NCBI GenBank assembly: GCA_003693705.1 | Contig: RBZT01000700.1 | Coordinates: 1-42,379, forward strand | DNA from: Polymyxa betae A26-41 | Taxonomy: Eukaryota > Protista > Endomyxa: Phytomyxea | Direction: 5' to 3' | Length of the DNA stretch: 42,379 nucleotides | Shown: piece after piece, positions 23,353 through 35,000 of the stretch | How positions within the stretch are numbered: the stretch's first letter is position 1 | How the letters are laid out: each line of letters opens with the position of its first letter | Program-made: the position numbers and the translations under genes | Notes under the pieces: generated by a model | Database searches by the model: none | Seen by the model: the letters and a program-made list of their open reading frames with translations, nothing else | Told to the model about the DNA's origin: nothing

Positions 23353-25870
23353 ATGAACGCCGCCGCCATGCTCGTGGTCGTACTGGTCCTGCTGGGCAGC
23401 GCCGCCGCCGCCACCGACGACCCCTTCGACCGTCTCCCGGAGGCACTCGTCGAGCGGATTCTGGCCCGGGATCGTCGACCTGGGGCCAGTACGACCTCCA
23501 TGGGTGCGTGTGTCGGAGATTCCGCGTCCTGTCCACGACCACCCCGATATCGGACCTCGACGATGGACGGTTTCCGGACTCGGAATTACTCCGACGGATT
23601 CAGGCGGCGGTGAATTTTATGGCGGCGATGGCGATTCCGTCGCAGGTCGTCTTCAGTCCGCAGCGGACCGTGTCCCTGTACGACCGCCTCGTTGGCAGCG
23701 AGCATTTGACGGAGACGGAGAAAGCCGCCGGACTGAAGGTCCTTATTGACGAGATCGACGCGGATCTGATCACGGGACTTTTGGCCTCCTCTAAAGCGGA
23801 TCTGAAATCGGAACCATTTCTGCGATTATTTCGGAATTATAAAAAGCAGCTGGATATGGAAACAACATTCACGCATCATCAAATTCCTCCGGAGGTCATC
23901 GAATCGCTTCACGATGCTGAGTTTGAAACCAATAATTCCGGATTCTCCGAGGAGGTCGTAGCCGAAGTCCGTGGTCGATATCCGCCTCCATTCAATCGAT
24001 TCTTTCCGCAAGGACCTGGCTTTGGACCATTGATTTGATTCCAGAGACGTTCGCATCCATTGGGCGATCGCTCTGTCCTCCTGGCTCTGCTCTATCAAGG
24101 CGTCCGCTTCAACATTACGCACTTTTGCCATTTTGTGTTTTTCTCTGCTGATCAAGTTCCGGACATTCTTCCGCTATTACGTTCACAGAATCTGGATGCT
24201 CTCGATGTAATGTTTCACTTCATCGAAGCGAAAAATCTGGATCGAGTCCGGGCGATGTTTCGCATTCCCAATTTGCGCTCTCTAATTCTCACTAATTCCG
24301 ATTATTTCCAGAAAAAACTCCTCGATTTCTATCGTCGTCAATCTCCTTGGCGTGTATTCTCCATAACCCTACTCCGATTCGTCACCGAACTGCCGTTCTT
24401 CCCGCAGATCGCGAATTCCTCCGATCAGTATGGATCTACTCTATTGAGTGTATTCATCTATAATTGGAAGAAGTTTGATACTACAGATGATCCGTGGTAT
24501 CAAGCTCTATTCGATCTTATTCGGCCTTATACAGAGGATTTCGATTCCCGATTCGTCCGAATGGCCGCACAAGCTCAGGAACTTCATCGTCTGGAACGTC
24601 TCGGTCTTCCGCCTCCTGTTCCATTCCCTTCTAGTCCGGACGATCCGCACAACCCCATCACGGACATGGAAGATCCCCGATTGGAATTTCGTTCCAATTG
24701 AGAGCGCCGAATCTCCGGAACTTTCCGCGGCGTCGAATTTCGATCGTCTTCCGGACGATCTTGTTCGAGGCATTCTGCGCTCGGATCGGAATCTTGTCCG
24801 AGTCCTTCCGCAAGTTTGTCGCAGATTCCGTCATCTGTCCATTCCTTCATCGATGCGGAATCCGCTATGTTTCGCGTCTCTTGAGCTCCCCGATCTGTTA
24901 CGAGCTTTGCCGCAGCTGCTTCGTCAGAACGTCGATCTCCGTCGCCTTTTAACACCGCACGTGATCGTGAGCCTGTACGACCGGGTGATGCGGTGCCGGA
25001 ATCCGAACGAGTGGATCTGTTGAAGATTCTGATGGAGGAAGGTGACCGCGATCTGGTAACGCGATTGTTATGCAGCGGATCGCAGCTCTCATCACCGCGT
25101 ATGATGGAACTATTTCTCAGCCAAAGGCCGCCAATCGATTCTGCCGCAGCTCGGCCTCCGAATATTCCCGCCTCTCTCGTTACAACGCTCGCGAGATTTC
25201 CGCTGCTCAATTCACCGAGTTTTTCTCTCAGGCGGACGTTGATGCAGTCCGCAGTCGTTTCCCGCCTCCGTTTAATCGCCTGTTTCCATTCGGATTCGAA
25301 TCGTCAAATCGTCGTTTACAGGACTCGTTCGTCTGGTGGAAACACAGCGATCAAGACCTGTTGCAGACGCTGCTGCGTCTCGGATTTCGTTTCTCGTACC
25401 GCGATTATTTCTGGCTTCAAGACGTCTCGAGTCTCTCCGAAGTCCGAAATCATTCCGCATTTGGGGTTCCCCGAACCCGGTTTTGCCGCTTTGATCGACG
25501 ACCTCCACCGTACCAATACGTTGATTGCCGCGCGGACCTGTCTCCGGTCTCCATTGATGATGGATTCCATCCGCTCTTGTCCGACCTCTCTTCTGTCCGC
25601 GATCTCGAACTTGCTTGCTGATGACGATCATCGGTCCCGATCTTCCATACGATTTCTTCGTCTGGTTGCCGAGATGCCATTCTTCCCTTCGATTGCGGCC
25701 CTTCTTTCCATTTCTGGAAGCGTTCTTCTCCTGAAGACCATCAATGGTTTCAGTTCCATTTCGATGTTCTACGAGCTCATCTCCCCAATTTCCATCAACA
25801 AATCACGCAATTCGAGATTGATTATGAACTTGAAATGCTGAAGCAGGATTCGAGAAATGTTCAATAAACG
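23353..25870 (+). pseudogene. Secreted protein with two tandem [F-box-like + unknown domain] units; disrupted by frameshifts and a TGA
   Basis: Signal peptide MNAAAMLVVVLVLLGSAAA; F-box-like FDRLPEALVERIL..VCRRFR and FDRLPDDLVRGILRSDRNLVRVLPQVCRRFR. Units share SLYDR, R(Y/F)PPPFNR(F/L)FP and LR(F/L)VxE(L/M)PFFPxIA. In-frame TGA at 24036; frame changes near 23500, 24690, 24990, 25130 and 25440. Confidence 0.75.
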
Positions 25871-26297
25871 GAACCTTTTGAACCTTGGCATTCGTCTTCG
25901 GACTTTATTAACCAATCAAGATCTTGATTCAGACTTCCTGTCGTCATCAGAATCTGCAGCCGCACAGAGTTCCAATGATAATGCGCTCACTCCAAAAGTT
26001 CGCAATCTGAACAGGTTTGGGGTTCCATCTGTAAGAAACTTGATATCGACAGGATTAGGGTTTAACCTGCTCATTAGATACGATCATCGTCGTACTCGGC
26101 GCTATGGCGGCCTCCTGCTCAAGTTCTATCATAATGGCAGCCTTTCTGCGTGATCCTGAAACTCTTTAAAATGCCTCATTATCTTTCAGTATTAGAAATT
26201 GTCTCGTAATCAGTAACAGAGATCTTGTTAAGCAAGCTCCAGCTTGATTCAAGCTTAGAAAACCTCCGTTCAATTGCGCAGAGATGATATATAAGCT

Positions 26298-27582
26298 CCA
26301 TAAAGTCTCTGAACCTTTTGTATCAATACGAACCCGATAATTCAATCCAAATGCGAGTACAGTCTATGTTCGGATCTGAGAAATACGTTCAAGCATGAAG
26401 TTCAACGTTTATCCTCAATCCAGGTCTGCATTCTGATTGGAATAGTTTTCTATGGCCATTGAACGCAGGTAGATGATCACTCATCATCGTAAACCCTAAC
26501 TAGTGGAAAGTCCATCAATATTGTGAAGAGGATTTCCATTCAGTCCATCACTTGTTCATTGCAATAACAGCTGTAAACTGGGATCTTCCACGGGCTCAGC
26601 GCCGATATGATGTGCTGCTTCGAACAACCAAACATGTCTGTGCAATTTAACAGCCTTCAGGTTTGTATACAACAACCAAAACTTTGCAGATATTCTAAGT
26701 AGGCCTCAGATAGATGCCGCTATAGAAGGAATGGGACCCTGTATGCCGTAACAATACGAATTGATCGATTGAAAAGGTGAAGGACCAATTACGGGCCGCG
26801 GTCCGAAATGAAGGAGCTGTATAACAGAATTGACGTAGTTCTATCATTAGAATTGTGATCGATTTGATCTCGGCAATCTCTGTTTCTCTGGAACACTCGG
26901 CGAACCCAGGCCTTTCTGCCGTGACCCCATGCAAAGATGGCCGCCATCAATGCGAGGAGATGTGGCACATTGGATTGGATTCGACTACCGGTAGTTTGTT
27001 GGTAAGACCGGGCGAAGCCCATGATATGCCGATTGTTCAGCATTTAGATCTTCACGAATTTCTTTATAGGAGGTATTTCACCCATCAATAAAAATATTAT
27101 CTTCTCGGCCCTCTTAGTAAGACCCAAAAGAGCCTCGGGAAGGTTGAAAAGGCGGCCTTCAGGGACTCGAACTCTGTTCTCTATTCCTCTCAAGCCAACC
27201 CTACTGTCTATCCCAGCTTACTATCTTCTTATTATACATAAAATCCATTCTTGTGCGCTTCCATTAATCGGCCATGAATTGGTCTTGTTGATATAGCGAT
27301 GTGTTCAAATCTGTGATCCCCATCTGGGTGTATTGATTGTAAATGTCACCATCAGCACATCACGAAATTAGGTTTTGATAAAGTTTGTACAGAACAAATA
27401 GATCAAAATTCAAGATAAAACAAAATTGAAGCATTCTGTTATGGTACTACTTTTGATGTTGGAATATTAACGGCAGATGTGTCTTTCGTTGATCGCATTC
27501 CAGACATATTTGATAGAGTCCAAGCGAGATTTATAAAAGAATTTCAAGCTGGACAATTAGAGTATCAAGGTTATCAAGCATT
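26298..27582. repeat. Right arm of the long inverted repeat (fuller copy, with ORF remnants and tRNA-T-arm motif)
   Basis: Carries the same blocks as the left arm in mirrored order. Includes ORF 26855-27091 and the remnant EFQAGQLEYQGYQAF, homologous to LQAGQLLYQGDQAF in the left arm. Confidence 0.8.
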
Positions 27583-28020
27583 CAATGATAGTCAATAATA
27601 TTTATAGGAAACCAATTGGGTTGAGTTTTATGCGACCCCAAAATTTAGAACCGAATACAGCCTTTACTACTAAAACTGGAACAATTGCTGGCTTAGTAGC
27701 TTGGCAAGTAGTAACAGTCAGACTAGCGATGCTAGTGATTTATTAACATCAGAAACGTATCAAAATAATCAAATTACTATATTACGGGTCAGTGTAAATT
27801 GTAAATACAAATTTTGACCACAAACTTCATTCAATTATTCTTGGATCGAACACACATTTGAAAACAATTGATGGAAGAGTTGGAACAATTATTTTCGGGG
27901 TTTTTAGTATTCCTTAAATCTTACAAGAATTGAGGCAACGTTTACCATCTACTTTTACAAGTTCTAGTTTGACAAGTTTAGGCTACTTTTATCGCAAATA
28001 TACAGCAATAAAAAAATTTA

Positions 28021-28236
28021 TTAACAGTCTTGAGTGTTAGAAGGCAGCAACAGGAAAATTGTATGCCGCAAATCGTTGATGCTATGCAGGATAGCGCGCG
28101 TTTGTTGCTGCGTTTGCTGTTGCTGTTGCAGTGCTTGCTGTTGATGACGTTGTCGTCGTTCTGATAAGCAGGCAGCCAAACACGTCAGAACCCCTGTAAG
28201 CAAAAGGACAGTTATTACGATAAGAGACAATATCAT
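28021..28236 (-). CDS. Small protein with hydrophobic N-terminus (signal/TM) and poly-Gln tract
   Basis: MILSLIVITVLLLTGVLTCLAAC followed by QQQALQQQQQTQQQ. Confidence 0.4.
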   Translation of the reverse strand: MILSLIVITVLLLTGVLTCLAACLSERRQRHQQQALQQQQQTQQQTRAILHSINDLRHTIFLLLPSNTQDC

Positions 28237-28300
28237 CTATAAAGTCGCCGACCTCCGGAAATGACCCCGAGTAAGAACCACACGAAGTTCCACCAAAAAC

Positions 28301-28795
28301 CATGGAATTCAAAGGCTGAGCCTCCAATTCTGCAATGGATGCATGCGCCCCAGCACTCCGTGGCCTGAGAGACAATCTTCAGAAGCCAAGGACTATCAGG
28401 ACAAAGCGGGCGAGCTAGAAACGAGGCAGGAGCTGGAAGAGATTGATGTTACGTTTAGAAGGTAATTTCAAGTATGATTTCAAATGCATGCCCGGGCACG
28501 CTTAAATAGCGACAGCGGCGCGGCTCTGGAGACGGCGGCGAACTTGGCAACGAGACGGTAACAGTGGCACGTCGCGAGACGCTCCAGTCGCTCTGTCGTA
28601 CTGTCACTTTGCCATGTTCGCACCAGACTTACCGAGAACTGCGAGCGGATTGTATGAGGGTTGCGCCGACGAGGGCACCGCAGACATGGCTCTGACAAAA
28701 TCATGCAATTCAACGGCGACACCTCCAATTCTGCAATGGATGCATGTGCCCCAGCACTCCCTGGCCTGAGAGAGAATCCTCAGAAGCCACGGACT
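28301..28795. repeat. Direct repeat pair (~94 bp, 401 bp apart)
   Basis: cctccaattctgcaatggatgcatgYgccccagcactcc..cagaagccaMggact at 28321-28394 and 28722-28795, each preceded by catgSaattcaa. Confidence 0.9.
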
Positions 28796-30617
28796 TGGGA
28801 AAAATGAAACAACTGCGGCAGGCGAAAGGCTACGAAGCGATGGACGCTGAGATGAGGGGGAGAAAGGAAGATAGGAATCGTATGGAATAGATCCCAGGAG
28901 TGCCTTAAGAAGGGGGTTGTGTGACGGTAGGGTCGAAAAACGAAAAAACAAAACAAAATCAAAGTCATAGAAAAGGCCGCGCTTTGACACTGTGTGATTA
29001 TCAGAAAAATCTATAAAAATTCACATTTTCTTCTGAATCTTGATAGGTTTAACATGATTTATGGAGTTGCACATCTTTACGCCTAATCCATATTTTGTCA
29101 GTGCTGACTAATAAAAAGTTATTCTCTTAAAATCAGGGTTTCGCTCGTTGATTTTTTGTTAAACTTACTTTGTTTGTAGATTCCCCTTCTTGCTTTGTTC
29201 CTTTTTAAGGCGCTTCTGCTTATCGTTCCAAGACACTAACTTCTGGTATGTAAGCTCTTTTTGTTAGAGATCGATTCATTGGGATAGATCACAGAACGGC
29301 GCTGATTCAGGCAGTAATTCCTTCCAGATCAAATCTACCTCGATGGCACTTTTCTGCCTGTTGGAACCTACACGGCCATACTTCTGAAAATACGCTTCAA
29401 ATACAGGCTTATAATTATCAGTTAGGATTATATGGTTGAATTTCAATTGAAAAATCATTTATCTCTTCTTAGGCTGCGAATATTCCTACGCACGTTCCAT
29501 CGTTCATGAAGCGTTGATCGCCTCGATACCAGATCCTGAGGCAATAGTTATAAATTCTACGCCAGATACGCTGCATAGAAAGCATTCAGATTGCAGAGCA
29601 GAAGCGTGAATTCGCAATTCTTGCAGAAACGCAACCAATCTGTCGTGACCACTCTCAAGGAAATTGGCGCGGTAAAGCGGAATTGAAGCACGCCTTTATT
29701 ACCAATAGAATAATGATGATGAAAAGGATACAACAGGAGAGGACAGGGTTGCGCAAACGTCGCTTATTAGAAGGGTCGCGCTGGCCTGGACCACTACTTG
29801 TGAGAGCAGCTGCTTTAGCGGGAGCGGCCTCTTCGTCATCTCCAGGAGGCTCCGTAGGGTTTTTGGGGTGGGGGCGTCGCTCGCTACGCAAACATTAAAG
29901 TTAGTAAAAAAGACAGCTGGATCGGAAGTAAGAAAAGGCGCCTCTACTGGCATCGACAGTTGATAATTCTTGGAATTCGGTTCTCTCGTATGTAGACAGC
30001 TGTAAAGCGACAAAGCGAAAAAATCAATGGTGGTGTTGGTTTACAAATAGGTTGTCTGTGCGAACAAGGCGTTTAGTTGATCCGATGCAAATTTCGAACA
30101 AATATCAGCCTTTAAGAGAGTGTATCGCCACTCCGGTCGCTGTTCAGGACAAAATTTGGAATCCAGACGACGACACTGTTTTCCCAGGCTTTCTGGAAAG
30201 TCGCGAATGAAGATTCTTAGGTACTTTTGGGCTATGAATATGCATTAGGTGATACGATCTGAAGAACGACAGCTAATCCCGATTCAGGGTCTTCATGGAA
30301 ATCAATCAATTCGTCGCTGACGGATTCCTGAATATCTTCAGCAATTTGCACATGTATTAATGTTTGTGATTAAACTGCCACATTTGGGAAAATTTTGTTG
30401 ATTTTGCTAAAAAAAGTGTTTTTTCATGCAGTGTACAGTAACAAAAATTCAATGGTGTCTTCAACAGTCTGAGGCTGGGTTTCAGGGACAACGGATTCAT
30501 GCATCGTTAATGATTTTTTCAGTTATGGGTTTTAGGAACTTGTCATAGACGCATTTCTATCAAATATTGGGGTTTTAGTTACTACATCACGGTGTATGAA
30601 GAGTCTGGAATGCGGGT

Positions 30618-31060
30618 TTATGGAAACCGCCTCTGTAGTTTTGCCAACAGTACATCCAGTTCCTCTGGAGATAGCACAAAGTTTCCAGTTTCTTCAAAGT
30701 CATTATCGACTGTAGTTTCCTCAGACATTTCGGAGTTTTCATTCTCCTCATCGTCTAACAAATTCAGATGAATATCGTGAGGAATCCGGATCAAGATTTC
30801 TTCAAGCTCCTTGTTGACTTCGGTTAAAAGTAACTCGATATCTTCTTCAGATAGCATTTTAACAGTTTCTCGAACTTCATCATTAGAAGTTAGAATATGG
30901 ACCGTAGTGTCTTGAGGTTCGGGTTCAGAGACAGGACTGGAATCTGTAACGTTACATTAGTGGCTGTGATGTAACATGAATGCAAGGGAATACCAAGTTC
31001 AGTGACAGTGACAGCCAGGGTGACGGCCAACATAAAGAGAAGAGCAAAGACGAGCTTCAT
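30618..31060 (-). CDS. Small secreted acidic protein (2 exons; intron 30944-30993)
   Basis: Signal peptide MKLVFALLFMLAVTLA. A 50-nt GT-AG intron with cactaat branch joins in frame to a Glu/Asp-rich body with internal repeat LSEEDIELLL / LSPEELDVLL. Confidence 0.8.
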
Positions 31061-31996
31061 GGTTGAAGGGGATCGACAGAGGCGAGAAATTCGGTTACAA
31101 TCAATATAATGAGAGCTGGGGATGAGAGAAGAGAATTGCGGACGCCAAAATCCAAGGCGGGTCTCACTCATCCCTCTGACAGTTTCCAGTCAGAGAGATT
31201 AATCGGATTAATCTGATCGAGTGGCAAATCTGACGTCAAAGGTAGCCCCCCCCCCACACACACATTAATATCATTAGAATGGTCATCATAGATTGGGCAT
31301 CAATTTGTATAAATACTATCGGAAGTAGTCAATGTACCTTCAAATTGTGAAGTGTTATTATATTTTTTGTATAAACTAAAACAAAGCTGATTAGAATCGT
31401 ACTTCTGGAAAAATGGCGAAGCCATCTTTTAAGCATTGTCGTTCTCGTTCTATACTCATTTCCAATGCCGGCGATTTCAATTCGCTAACCCTAAGTATGA
31501 ATAGGTACACTGGATGTTGAAGTCCCCTAGTCTTTTGTAGTTATAAATAGTTGAGTAACGCACCAAGGGCGTCCTGCCAACCGCAAATATCTTGTACGGT
31601 CGAAAGGTCAATCTGCTCACGAAGGCTCTATGGGAGCCTCCTTCAAACTGTTTCTGTGAGCGTCTAGATGGACATGATAGAATGAGTGAGAATGTTCTGT
31701 CTCCGTAACGCACGAACTGACCAGGTGGGCAATCAATCTCAGCCTGGACTCAAAGCTCTACATGAAGCTCCACTGGTAATACCCCAAACGCCGACGGGCT
31801 GCGCTATAAATTCCCGACCTGTGACAGGAAGGGCTGCGCTTTATCTCATCTTCGACTGGGAAACGGCGGGAGAAAGTGCGTAAGCCTGGAATATATGCCG
31901 GTCAGCGCTATAATATCGCCCTATGGACTGTTATACGACGCAGTTGCCCTAATGCGGAATTTGCCGTGATGAGAATCTGCGCGAGCTCGGTCAAAC

Positions 31997-32011
31997 CTCA
32001 TTCTGCAAACA
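31997..32011 (+). promoter_or_regulatory. Initiator-like element (TCATTCTGCAAA) upstream of the ATPase ATG
   Basis: TCATTY motif about 30 nt upstream of ATG 32031. A similar GCTCATTTTC lies on the minus strand about 90 nt upstream of the M16 ATG. Confidence 0.35.
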
Positions 32012-32030
32012 GCCTGATTGTTCTCATATC

Positions 32031-35000
32031 ATGAAGCTCTTTGCCATCACGTTCCTGGCCTTGGCTTATATAGCCACTGCTGCCCAGCAATCATCCCGCT
32101 CCCAATCTGGGTCCGACCCATCTATCACCAAGTCTCAGAGCTTTCCGCTCAAAGACCGTCTCGGACTTGATATGTCGCGCTCTACCACGATTTCTTCCGG
32201 CTACAAACTCGATGACGATAAGCAACGTGTCACCATCCGCTCTCCAGGTTCGTCCTCGGAGCCTTCTGTCTCCGACAAAGTCGCCCGGATCTTCAGCAGG
32301 GGTCCTTCGTCGCTGAAACCTTCCGAATCCGCCATCATCGAGGAGACGGTCGAGGTCGATTGTAGCCAGGCCGCCCTGCTTGAGATGCTCCAGAAAGCGT
32401 GTCCGAATCTGCAAAACGATGTTCCTGATGCCGACGAAGGTCGTCTGGGCGCCTTGTTCCGTAATATCAAGCACCATGTTAAGAGCAAACTACAATGTTT
32501 ACCGTGCTTCCGCGAATCTGATGCCAATGGTCCTTTCATTACCGACCGTGCCAATGAGGTCCGTTCTGCTCATTCCCATCCTTTTTTCCCATCATAATGT
32601 TTATTTTTTTATAGTTTTTCATATATATTTTATATTTTGTTATTTTTTTTAATTTTTAATTTTTTAGAATACTTTTAATATTTTTTACTATTTTTTGCTT
32701 GCTTTTCAAACACTTACTGACAATGATGTCTTTGTAGGAGAAATGGGCCGGTATGACGATCGATAATTTAATGTCTGAGCTACAGACGGATTCCCAAACG
32801 GGTTTAAGCTCTGATGAAGTGCAGCGTCGGATTGAGTCTATTGGTGCGAACGTCCTGGATAAGCCCAAATCGACTCCGTTCTATGAGATTATGTGGGAGG
32901 CCATTAATAACGCCATCGTCTGGCTCATGGTGGCCGGTATCACGGCCAAGTTCGTCACCAAGAAGATCACCGACGCCGTCGTCATGCTGCTCTGTGTCCT
33001 GTTCCTGATCGGAATGGGAACCTTGCCGGAATGGCAGGCTACACGTCAAGCTAATAATCTCGCTATTGAGGCTCCTGGTCAAGTTCAGGTCCTTCGTGAT
33101 GGACAGCCTCAGGTCAGTAATTACACACTTGCTGTTTTCAAGATTTTTTTCTAATAATTTTTGCCTCATTTGTTCCCATTTTATCAGAATATGTTTTCAA
33201 TTTTATCAAAAAAGTTTTCAATTCTATCCAAAAAGTCCTCAATTTTATCAGAAAAGTTGATCACTTTTGATTGTCTTTGATTTTGTTCACAAGGTTTCTG
33301 TTGTTTCAAAACCCTAAACCCTGACTCCTTGGCAGATGATTTCTGCGGAGCAGCTGGTCCCTGGTGATATCATCACTCTGCGAACTGGTGATCGTGCTCC
33401 TGCTGATTGTCGTGTCATTGAATCCAACTGCCTTCAAATCACCGAGGCCGAACTCACCGGAGAGTCGGAACTGATCGAGAAATCCCCTGAGCCTGTTCAG
33501 GAGCCCGGCTCGTCTGGGACCTACGACAACTTAATCCTCATGGGGACCATGGTCGCCAATGGGGACTGTACGGCCGTGGTTGTCGAGACCGGAATGCGCG
33601 CTCGCTATGGGTCGATTCAGGATATGTTGATCATGGTATGTAACATTACTTGTAGGATTATCGGTTCAAGTCCGATCCTTCTAAGCGTTTTGAATTTTTA
33701 TCTAAAAAAGTTTTATTTAAAAAAAGTTTATATTTATTTTTATTCTTTTCACTTTTCAAAGGATCGCTAATCCCGTTCTTCAGAAAGAGAGGAAATCGAC
33801 TCCGCTGACGGACAAGGTCTCTTCTCTGGTCCTGAATTTCACCAAATTCACTGTTGGTGTCGCGACCGTCCTCTCCGCTACCTGTATCGGCCTGCGCCGA
33901 ATCCCCGACCCGAATTCGAGCTCGAGTTTCGTCCTGCAGAACTTGATGCTGGGTCTGGAACTCTGTATCGCGGTCATCCCGGAAGGCCTTCCTATTGTCT
34001 GCGCATTGGCGTTGAACTCCGGCATGAAAGCGATGAAGGAGATCTGCAACACACGAGCCCGCACCATGTCCGCTGTCGAATGCCTCTCTTCTGTTGATGT
34101 CTTCTGTACGGACAAAACCGGCACTCTCACCACCGGCAAGATGACGGTCGTGGGCGTGTACGTCCCCGGGTCCGAGTTCCGTCTCCTGGCTGATGGTCAG
34201 GCTGTGAAGGATGATATCTGTGCTGGTCAGAGATCGGTCGTGTATGATGGTCCGGAACTCGATCTGATCATGTCGTCGGCTGCATTATGTAATAGTGCCG
34301 AATTACTCGATGGAGCCTGGAAAGGACAAATGTCCGATGTTGCTCTCGCTGAAGTTGCTCATAAGCGAAAGATTGACGCCAAGAAGGTACCGTTTTTCAA
34401 ACAACTTTTCAGCTTTTCAGATTTTTTTCGATTTTTTTCTGAATAATTTTCTGTTTTTTTCTTGTCATCTCGTTTTTTTCATTCATAATATAATGTTTCT
34501 TTATGTCATCTTTCATATTAATTTCTCTTCATTTTATCTTAAATTTCATCATTTTCATCAATGTTGGATCTAACTTCATCTCTAATTTTGTTTTGCAGAT
34601 CTTCGATACAATCGCCACGAACACCTTCGATTCTAAGCGGAAGATGATGTCGGTTGTTGTTAACAACAACCCTGAAAATCCCATCTTCGCATCCATAACC
34701 GATGCTCGATACGTGGCTGTCGTCAAAGGTCTCGCTGTTTCTTCTAAACCCTAAACCCTAATGTTAATATCCCTGTCCAGGTGCTCCGGAGAAGATCCTC
34801 GATTTATGTGATGATCTGCGTCAGTCTAATGGAGAAATCCATCAACTGTCAATGGAAGACCGACACGACCTACAACGGCGTGCTCGCATCCTGTCCGAGT
34901 CCGGATATCGAATCCTGGCGCTGGCGTACCGGCCCCTCCCGAGCCGTGACGATCTCAGCCCGCGATTCGTCGAAGATCGTCTGGTGTTTGTCGGATTTAT

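Noticed and set aside
29276-30400. Minus-strand multi-exon gene
   Set aside because: Splice-like signals and coding-like patches exist, but I could not assemble a consistent stop-free model or recognise a family.
32031-32597. Stand-alone secreted protein ORF
   Set aside because: A donor, branch site and acceptor join it in phase to the ATPase, and its last 12 codons fall in pyrimidine-rich intron-like sequence. It remains the alternative to test.
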